This document shows positions 50,769 to 57,153 of a stretch of DNA of 57,153 bases, in pieces. The position numbers were made by a program, and so were the translations under genes. Origin of the DNA: Acidobacteriota bacterium (lineage in GTDB: Bacteria; Acidobacteriota; Terriglobia; Acidiferrales; 2-02-FULL-67-57). Numbering within the stretch: the first letter of the stretch is position 1; each line of letters opens with the position of its first letter. The DNA is taken from the NCBI GenBank assembly GCA_022571295.1, contig JACZYA010000002.1, positions 1 through 57,153 of the forward strand, in the 5' to 3' direction. The notes beneath the pieces were generated by a model that did not search any database, was not told where the DNA came from, and saw only the letters and a list, made by a program, of their open reading frames with translations.

Positions 50769-53573
50769 TCACTTGCCCGCTTCAGCGGCCAGTGCTTCCA
50801 GCACCGGCGCGCAGCGCTCGCACACCGTCGGACACTCGGAAAAAGTTCCTACCAAGGGCGAGTAGTTCCAGCAGCGCTCGCACTTTTTGCCCTGTGCCGC
50901 GCGAACCGCGATTCCCAAGCCAGGCATCTCGCTCTGGACTATCGTGGGTTTTGTGTCGCTTCCCAGTTCCACCGCCGACACAATCAAGAGTGCCCGCAAC
51001 TGGTCGCGGTGGTTTCGCAACAACGCCGCCAACTCTCCCTCTGCGTGCAGATGAACTTCGGCGTCCAGCGAACCGCGAATGGTTTTCTCCTGCCGCGCGC
51101 GCTCCAACGCTCCCAGCACCTGACTGCGCACTTGGAACAAAGTCTCCCAGGCAGTGCGCTTGGCGGCCGGCAACCCGGCATCCAGTTCCTCTTTGGTGGG
51201 CAGTAATGCCAGGTGGACGCTTTCTTCTTTGTGTCCGTCGTCCGGCAGGGAGCTCCAAACCTCCTCGGCGGTAAAGGAGAGAATCGGAGCCAGCAAGCGG
51301 GCCAGGGCATGGGCGATACGGTACAAGGCCGTCTGCGCCGAGCGCCGCGCGGGCGACTTGGCCGCAAAAGTGTAGAGCCGATCCTTGAGGATGTCGAAGT
51401 AGGTAGCGCTCAAATCCACCACGCAGAAATTGTACAGGCGATGCCAGGCGCGATGAAAGGCGTAGCTGTCGTAGGCGGCGCGGCAGTCCTCCACCACTTT
51501 ACCCATCTGCGTCAGCATCCAGCGGTCCAGTTCTTCCATCTGCTTGCACTCGACCGCATCGGTGCGCGGGTCGAAGTCAGACAGATTGCTCAGACAGAAA
51601 CGAAACGTGTTGCGCACCTTTCGGTAGCCTTCCACCGCCTGCGCCAGCAAGCCCGCCCCGATGCGCATGTCGGCGTGATAGTCCACCGACGCCGTCACCA
51701 GACGCAGAATCTCCGCCCCGTGCTTCTCGCAGATTTCCCGCGGGGAGATAACATTCCCCAGCGACTTCGACATCGGGCGGCCCTCAGCGTCCAACACCCA
51801 GCCGTGCGTCACCACTGTGCGGTAAGGCGACCCTTCCTTCACCGCCAGTGCCACCAGCAACGAGCTGTGGAACCAACCCCGGTACTGGTCGCTGCCCTCC
51901 AGGTACACGTCCGCCGGCCAGCGGTTCTCCGCCCCGCGCCCGAGCACCGCCAGGTTGCTGGAGCCGGAATCAAACCACACGTCCAGAATATCGGTCTCCT
52001 TGCGGAAGCGGGTCTCGCTGCAGTTGGCGCAGCGCGTTCCCTGCGGCAGCAGGTCTTCGGCGGCGTGGCGATACCAGGCGTCGGCCCCCTCGCGCTTGAA
52101 CCACTGCACCACCTGGCGCAGCACGGTAACGTCGGTGAATTTCTCTCCACAACCCTCGCAGTAGAAAATCGTAATGGGAACGCCCCACACCCGCTGGCGG
52201 GAGATGCACCAGTCGGGCCGGGTCTCGATCATTCCGTGGATGCGATCCTGGCCCCACGACGGCACCCACTGCACTTTTTTGATTTCTTCCAATGCCCGCT
52301 GCCGCAGCCGGTTGTGCTCCAGGTTGATGAACCACTGCTCGGTGGCGCGAAAGATGAGCGGGTTATGGCAGCGCCAGCAATGCGGATAGGAGTGCTCGAT
52401 TTCCTCCGCGCCCACCAGATGGCCGCGCTGGCGCAGCAAAGCAATAATGTTGGGGTTGGCCTCGAAGATCTGCTGGCCGCGATAAGCCTCCAGCCCCTCG
52501 GTCAGGCGGCCCTCCACATCCACCGGGCAGTACACCTCCAACCCATACTTCTGGCCGGTCTCGAAGTCCTCGGCGCCGTGGCCGGGGGCGGTGTGCACGA
52601 TGCCGGTTCCCTGCTCCAGCGTGACGTAGTCAGCCAGCACCGCCGGCAGCGTTCGCTCCAGGAACGGGTGCTGGAATTTGAGCTGCGCCAACTCCTCGCC
52701 CGTCCAGGCGCCGGCCTGCCCGACAAAGCGATAGCCGGTTTCCTTCGCCACCCGCTCGACTAAGTTCTCGGCAATCAAGTAGTGGCCGCCCTTGTCCCGC
52801 TCCACCGCCGCGTAGCGCAGCTTGGGATGGAACGCCAGCGCCAGGCTGGCCGGCAGCGTCCAGGGAGTGGTGGTCCAGATGACCGCAAACACCTGCTCGG
52901 GAAACCCGGCCGGAGCCTGCCCGCCTTCTACCGGGTAGCGCACCCAGATGGACGGGCTGGTGCGCATCTCGTACTCGACCTCGGCTTCCGCCAGGGCGGT
53001 CTGGTCGTGCCAGCACCACAGCACCGGCTTCAGCCCTTTATAGACGTAACCCTTTTCCAGGAAGGTCAGGAAGGCATCGGCGATGACGAACTCGTACTCG
53101 TGGCTCATGGTCAGGTAGGGTTGGTCCCACTGGCCCAGGATGCCCAACCGCTTGAAGTCGCGCCGATGCAACTCCACGAAGCGCTGCGCGTAGGCCCGGC
53201 AGGCCTGGCGGATTTCCAGCGCCGACAGCCCCGCCTTGCGCGCGCCCAGTTCCCGGTCCACGTTGATCTCAATCGGCAGCCCGTGGCAGTCCCACCCCGG
53301 CACGAAGGCAGCGTTGTAGCCCGCCATCGAGCGGGTCTTGACCACCATGTCTTTGAGAATCTTGTTGACGGCCGTGCCCAGGTGGATGTCGCCGTTGGCG
53401 TAGGGAGGCCCGTCGTGGAGCACAAAGACCGGCGCTCCGGCCCGCGCCTGCCGCAAGCGCTGGTAGAGCCGCTGCTCTTCCCAGCGGGCGGCCATCTCCG
53501 GCTCTCGCACCGGCAGGTTGGCTTTCATCGGGAAGCTGGTGTGCGGCAGGTTGAGCGTTTTTTTCAGGTCCAA
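50769..53573 (-). CDS. ileS: Isoleucine--tRNA ligase
   Basis: '[13 protein letters not shown]' (HIGH), 'RPMSKSLGN' (KMSKS) and a C-terminal Zn-finger 'CERCW...CERC'. The TTG start gives '[20 protein letters not shown]'. Confidence 0.96.
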   Translation of the reverse strand: MDLKKTLNLPHTSFPMKANLPVREPEMAARWEEQRLYQRLRQARAGAPVFVLHDGPPYANGDIHLGTAVNKILKDMVVKTRSMAGYNAAFVPGWDCHGLPIEINVDRELGARKAGLSALEIRQACRAYAQRFVELHRRDFKRLGILGQWDQPYLTMSHEYEFVIADAFLTFLEKGYVYKGLKPVLWCWHDQTALAEAEVEYEMRTSPSIWVRYPVEGGQAPAGFPEQVFAVIWTTTPWTLPASLALAFHPKLRYAAVERDKGGHYLIAENLVERVAKETGYRFVGQAGAWTGEELAQLKFQHPFLERTLPAVLADYVTLEQGTGIVHTAPGHGAEDFETGQKYGLEVYCPVDVEGRLTEGLEAYRGQQIFEANPNIIALLRQRGHLVGAEEIEHSYPHCWRCHNPLIFRATEQWFINLEHNRLRQRALEEIKKVQWVPSWGQDRIHGMIETRPDWCISRQRVWGVPITIFYCEGCGEKFTDVTVLRQVVQWFKREGADAWYRHAAEDLLPQGTRCANCSETRFRKETDILDVWFDSGSSNLAVLGRGAENRWPADVYLEGSDQYRGWFHSSLLVALAVKEGSPYRTVVTHGWVLDAEGRPMSKSLGNVISPREICEKHGAEILRLVTASVDYHADMRIGAGLLAQAVEGYRKVRNTFRFCLSNLSDFDPRTDAVECKQMEELDRWMLTQMGKVVEDCRAAYDSYAFHRAWHRLYNFCVVDLSATYFDILKDRLYTFAAKSPARRSAQTALYRIAHALARLLAPILSFTAEEVWSSLPDDGHKEESVHLALLPTKEELDAGLPAAKRTAWETLFQVRSQVLGALERARQEKTIRGSLDAEVHLHAEGELAALLRNHRDQLRALLIVSAVELGSDTKPTIVQSEMPGLGIAVRAAQGKKCERCWNYSPLVGTFSECPTVCERCAPVLEALAAEAGK

Positions 53574-53763
53574 TGGAGCTTTCAGCTTTGCCTCTCTGAC
53601 GCGACCTAATGATTAGTAAAATCTACCCTCGCGTGGGCTCTCAATTGCTTATGGTACAATGAACTTCGGATAATGTCAGCGCCCCGGGGCAAGGCATCCC
53701 TTTGACTGCGCGAGCATCTATAATAAATATAAGGAGTATAAACGACCGAGGAGGGAGAGCGGG

Positions 53764-54876
53764 ATGAGCGCCGCAGCACCGCAAAAACCGCGCGTGAGAC
53801 GCTACCGGTTGCTGGAGGAAATCGAACCCTGGCACAAGTCTCTCCGCTGGACCCTGCGCCAAATTTTCCGCCCGGACAAGCCGCCCCTGCTGGCCCGCCG
53901 CGTTCCCGGACCGGCCCTCTACAAAATGCCCCGCCTGAACGCGGAAGTGGCTCCGTGGCATGAATCCCTTTTGGAGACGGTGCGGGAGCTCTACCGGCCC
54001 ACGAAGCTGCCCTTGATACCCCGAAGCTCCAAAAGCGTCGAGGTGGCCGAGGTCTGGGAGACCAAGTTTTACAAGGAACAGTTGCAGCAAACCCAAGCGG
54101 GCTCGCTCTTCGTGCATGCCATGCTGCTCTTTTTGGTGGCCTTTCCCTTCCTGCGGCAGGCGGCGCAGGCCGAGCAGCCCGAAATCATCGACCTTGTTCC
54201 CATTGCCGACATTTCGCCGTATAAGCTCACCCTGCCTCCTTCCAGGCAGAGAGCCGGTGGTGGCGGCGGTGGTGGCGCACGCAATCCGCTTCCACCCATC
54301 AGGGGAAAGCTGCCCAGGCGTTCTCTCCAAGCTCAACTGACGCCGCCGGTGGCGGTGCTCCGCAACCTGACCCCGAAACTGACGGCGGAACCCACGGTGG
54401 TGGTTCCCCCCAACATCCAGATTGATGCCCCGAACGTCCCGAACTTGGGCGACCCGCTAGCTGCCAGCATGATTCCTTCCGGCGGCCCGGGAGCCGGCGG
54501 AGGGATTGGCATCGGCTTCGGCGGCGGCCTCGGTAGCGGGCAGGGGCCCGGCGTGGGGCCCGGCTGGGGTGGCGGCGCCGGTGGCGGCGTCTTCCGCATC
54601 GGAGGAGACGTGTCCGCTCCGGCCTGCATCTACTGCCCCGACCCGGAATACTCCGAGGAAGCGCGCAAAGCCAAGTACCAGGGCACGGTGCTCCTCTGGG
54701 CCATCGTAGACGCAAGCGGACGGGCGCGCGAGGTCCGCGTAGTCAAGAGTCTCGGCTTGGGGCTGGACGAAGAAGCCGTGCGCGCCGTGCAGAACTGGCG
54801 CTTCCGCCCCGCAGAACGGAAGGGCAATCCTGTCCCGGTGTACATGAACATTGAAGTCAACTTCCGTCTCCTCTAA
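53764..54876 (+). CDS. TonB-family energy transducer with a duplicated N-terminal cytoplasmic motif and a Gly-rich spacer
   Basis: The C-terminal TonB domain reads 'YQGTVLLWAIVDASGRAREVRVVKSLGLGLDEEAVRAVQNWRFRPA'. There is one TM helix (LFVHAMLLFLVAFPFL). SD GAGGAGGGAG precedes the ATG. Confidence 0.85.
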   Translation: MSAAAPQKPRVRRYRLLEEIEPWHKSLRWTLRQIFRPDKPPLLARRVPGPALYKMPRLNAEVAPWHESLLETVRELYRPTKLPLIPRSSKSVEVAEVWETKFYKEQLQQTQAGSLFVHAMLLFLVAFPFLRQAAQAEQPEIIDLVPIADISPYKLTLPPSRQRAGGGGGGGARNPLPPIRGKLPRRSLQAQLTPPVAVLRNLTPKLTAEPTVVVPPNIQIDAPNVPNLGDPLAASMIPSGGPGAGGGIGIGFGGGLGSGQGPGVGPGWGGGAGGGVFRIGGDVSAPACIYCPDPEYSEEARKAKYQGTVLLWAIVDASGRAREVRVVKSLGLGLDEEAVRAVQNWRFRPAERKGNPVPVYMNIEVNFRLL

Positions 54877-55720
54877 CACTCGTCTGTTTCCCGGACTCGT
54901 CCTCGCCGGCGTCCTCGCCGGCCTGGTCTCTCCGCTCCCCACGCTCTCGCAAGGCGCCACCGCGACGCTGGAGTTTTTTGTTCAGGCCACTCCCTCCGGT
55001 GGGCGCCCGGAAAAAGTCATGCAGCATCCCTTTTATCTGCTCCGGCAAAGCCTGGCGGAAATCGAACGCTTGGCTCGCGGGCAAACCTCGGCACCGGACC
55101 GCGACGCTTTCATCAATGATTTGTCGCTCAGCGACGAACTCAAAGAGTGGATGAAGCGCACCGGCGTGGTTGACTTGCGCGGCGACCACTTCCGGCAGGC
55201 CCTCACAACCGACGACATCATGGCGGTGGAAGAGCTCCGCGCCGCCTACCTGGCCGCCAACATGAGCATGATCGGCCTCGGCTTTCCCCGCCCCAAGGTC
55301 AAGCTCTCCGACCGCACCAAAAACCCCGAGAGATGGGAACGTCGGCAAACCAAGTACTGGGAAAAAGTGCGCTCCTACCTGGAATTGCACCCGGAAAGCC
55401 TGCAACATTTGGACGAACAGTTGCTCGACCTCAACCCCGGCCAGGAGTGGGCCAAACTTGAGTGGCAGCACGAACGCGCCGTGCGCCGCGAAACCGAACG
55501 TCTGATCTACAGCCACTTCCTGGTAAGCCGCACCGAAACTTCCTTGCAAGGCTTCGCCCGCTTCAGCGCGGTGCCTCCCGGACGGTACTGGCTCACCAAC
55601 CTTTGGAAGGAGGCCCGCGCCGGGGACGTGCGGCTGCGCTGGGAGTTGCCGGTGGAGTTACGCCCCGGCCAGACCCTCACGCTCGAACTTAACAACGCCA
55701 ACGCCCGCTACCAGCCCTAG
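54851..55720 (+). CDS. Secreted hypothetical protein
   Basis: 289 aa. The only canonical start is TTG 54851, which overlaps the tonB end by 26 nt. A signal-like segment 'LVLAGVLAGLVSPLPTLSQG' is present. I recognise no family. Confidence 0.5.
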   Translation: MKSTSVSSNTRLFPGLVLAGVLAGLVSPLPTLSQGATATLEFFVQATPSGGRPEKVMQHPFYLLRQSLAEIERLARGQTSAPDRDAFINDLSLSDELKEWMKRTGVVDLRGDHFRQALTTDDIMAVEELRAAYLAANMSMIGLGFPRPKVKLSDRTKNPERWERRQTKYWEKVRSYLELHPESLQHLDEQLLDLNPGQEWAKLEWQHERAVRRETERLIYSHFLVSRTETSLQGFARFSAVPPGRYWLTNLWKEARAGDVRLRWELPVELRPGQTLTLELNNANARYQP

Positions 55721-55730
55721 CTTCCCTTCC

Positions 55731-55759
55731 TTGACAGTTTGGCGCTGCCCGAATAAATT
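55731..55759 (+). promoter_or_regulatory. Sigma-70-like promoter candidate for tRNA-Gln
   Basis: TTGACA - 17 nt - TAAATT, ending about 35 nt upstream of the tRNA 5' end. Confidence 0.45.
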
Positions 55760-55793
55760 GTAGTCTTGCGCCCAGCTTCCACAGACGTTTCGG

Positions 55794-55868
55794 CTGGGAG
55801 GTCGTCTAATTGGCAAGACGTCGGACTCTGGATCCGATAATCTAGGTTCGATTCCTAGCCTCCCAGCC
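55794..55868 (+). tRNA. tRNA-Gln (anticodon CUG), CCA encoded
   Basis: Folded by hand. The acceptor is TGGGAGG/CCTCCCA with a U1-A72 pair. The D stem is GTCT/AGAC. The anticodon stem is TCGGA/TCCGA with loop CTCTGGA. The T arm is CTAGG-TTCGATT-CCTAG. Discriminator G is followed by CCA. Confidence 0.9.
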
Positions 55869-55919
55869 AATCTTAAACCCATACCTAAATCAAAGCAGTA
55901 ATGTTGTACTCCGCAGCGC

Positions 55920-56537
55920 ATGCAGGCGCCGGGGGCGCAGACACAAACTCTTCCCTCCCGGTGTGCTTTTCCATACAGTAGGGTCCGCCAGCTTGACGTA
56001 CTGTGTAGCGGGGTCGCCAAGTGCGCGCCAAGGGAGAGGGGGCAAAGCCGCGTAGTCATCCTAGGGGTCGTTGTGTTTGTCCCGGTGCTGGCCGGCCTGC
56101 TGGCTGGCTGCGCGGGTGACTTCCAGCCCGTCCAACCCCTGGCGTTCAGCCATACCGTTCATGCGGGTGAATTCAAGATTCCCTGCCTGTACTGCCACAG
56201 CTACGCTCGCCGCTCACCGGTAGCAGGCGTGCCTTCCATGCAACGGTGCATGGGCTGCCATAACTGGATTCAATCCGACCACCCGGAAATTGCGAAACTT
56301 AAAGAGTACTGGGATCGGGAGGAGCCCATTCCCTGGATTCGCGTGTACTCCACCCCCGATTTCGTTCATTTCAATCACAAGCGGCACGTGCGCGCCGGAG
56401 TTGAGTGCCAAGCCTGCCATGGGCCGGTCGAGACCATGGAGCAGGTCAGCCGCGTGAGTTCGCTCGAAATGGGCTGGTGTCTCCAGTGCCACCGACAACG
56501 AAACGTATCGGTGGATTGCGCAACTTGTCACTACTGA
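55920..56537 (+). CDS. actA: Alternative complex III subunit ActA-like pentaheme cytochrome c
   Basis: Five CxxCH motifs (CLYCH, CMGCH, CQACH, CLQCH, CATCH) follow an N-terminal anchor/lipobox-like 'LLAGC'. The true start inside the ORF is uncertain. Confidence 0.75.
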   Translation: MQAPGAQTQTLPSRCAFPYSRVRQLDVLCSGVAKCAPRERGQSRVVILGVVVFVPVLAGLLAGCAGDFQPVQPLAFSHTVHAGEFKIPCLYCHSYARRSPVAGVPSMQRCMGCHNWIQSDHPEIAKLKEYWDREEPIPWIRVYSTPDFVHFNHKRHVRAGVECQACHGPVETMEQVSRVSSLEMGWCLQCHRQRNVSVDCATCHY

Positions 56538-56544
56538 GAAGAAG

Positions 56545-57153
56545 ATGAGCGACATCAAACGTCGAGATTTTCTGAAAATCATCGGGGTCACCGGCACAGG
56601 CGCGGCCATGACCGGCTGCTCGCAAGCGCCGGTGGAAAAGCTCATCCCCTATCTGGTACCGCCGGAAAATAACATTCCGGGCGTGGCGTCCTGGTACGCC
56701 ACCGTCTGCCGCGAATGCCCGGCCGGTTGCGGAATGCTGGTGCGAACGCGCGAGGGACGCGCGGTCAAGGTCGAGGGCAACCCCAAGCACCCCGTCAATC
56801 GCGGCCGGCTCTGCATCCGCGGGCAGGCCTCCCTGCAAGGCCTCTACAACCCTGACCGCATTCGCCAGCCCCTGCTCAGGAATCCCTCGGGCGAATTCCA
56901 ACCAATTTCCTGGCAGGAGGGGGGAAAGCTCCTGGCCGAGCAGCTCGGCGGTCTGCGTCGCCAGGGAAAGACCGACAAGGTCGCCTTGCTCACCCCGCCG
57001 GTAACCGGCAGCCTCGAGGGCTTGATTCAAGAGTGGACGGCCGCCCTCGGCATCAAGCAGCGGCTGGTGTACGAACCCTTTGCCTATGAGCCTCTGCGCG
57101 CCGCCAACCGCATCACCTTCGGGCGCGATGCCATCCCCCATTACAAAATCGCA
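56545..57153 (+). CDS. actB: Alternative complex III subunit ActB-like (molybdopterin-oxidoreductase-fold/Fe-S protein), N-terminal fragment running off the window
   Basis: This gene is not in the supplied ORF track because it has no stop in the window. I translated it by hand. It has the Tat signal 'MSDIKRRDFLKIIGVTGTGAAMTGC' and the Cys cluster 'CRECPAGCGMLV...GRLCIRGQ'. Confidence 0.8.
   Translation, partial: MSDIKRRDFLKIIGVTGTGAAMTGCSQAPVEKLIPYLVPPENNIPGVASWYATVCRECPAGCGMLVRTREGRAVKVEGNPKHPVNRGRLCIRGQASLQGLYNPDRIRQPLLRNPSGEFQPISWQEGGKLLAEQLGGLRRQGKTDKVALLTPPVTGSLEGLIQEWTAALGIKQRLVYEPFAYEPLRAANRITFGRDAIPHYKIA

Noticed and set aside
53574-53763. Possible T-box or leader regulation upstream of ileS, and a divergent promoter.
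   Set aside because: I found no specifier-loop or T-box 'AGGGUGGNACCGCG'-like sequence. I saw only an extended -10-like TGGTACAAT (53656-53664, plus strand) and a TTGACT/TATAAT pair with wrong spacing, which is too weak to call.
55794-55868. tRNA-Gln as an integration hotspot or boundary of a genomic island.
   Set aside because: No integrase, direct repeat of the tRNA 3' end or compositional shift is visible on either side. The flanking genes are core functions (TonB, ACIII).

Overview
This is a 57.2-kb, visibly GC-rich and densely coding chromosomal segment. I support about 47 protein-coding genes, one disrupted gene and one tRNA-Gln(CUG). I saw no rRNA, CRISPR array, transposase, integrase or phage genes.

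The gene content suggests an Acidobacteriota-like genome, which is an inference rather than a search result. The pointers are an ADOP-type duplicated MacB/FtsX permease, two secreted vWA proteins of the acidobacterial type, a TonB with a long N-terminal extension, and alternative complex III.

Most of the window is housekeeping: rpsO-pnp, murA, purC, smc, recA, thiolase, rluD-lgt-lspA-ileS and actAB.

The observations I rank highest are:
1. A VKOR-family membrane oxidoreductase (40386-40807, minus strand) has a TGA in the column of the second catalytic Cys (C-G-L-TGA). An open continuation encoding TM4 and a SECIS-like hairpin follow it. It is a candidate CxxU selenoprotein, or else a freshly broken gene.
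2. A self-contained transcription unit (45771-45851, minus strand) encodes a 26-aa peptide that is 65% Lys/Arg. It has a consensus-like promoter, a 5' hairpin and a strong terminator.
3. A four-gene operon (1734-4214) of membrane GT2, PTPS, PTPS and FolE is joined by ATGA overlaps. This suggests a modified-pterin pathway.
4. A PTS-independent peptidoglycan/MurNAc salvage locus (9085-21378) includes a 987-aa secreted NagZ + AmiE-like fusion.
5. An ADOP permease has an internal deletion and frameshift.
6. An orphan octaheme HAO-like cytochrome c sits at 34617-35870.
7. Several short dispersed hairpin repeats and one 107-nt structured element lie in intergenic DNA.

All family calls come from motifs read by eye. 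No database search or computation was run. Many long ORFs in the supplied track are antisense shadows typical of GC-rich DNA, and I rejected them.
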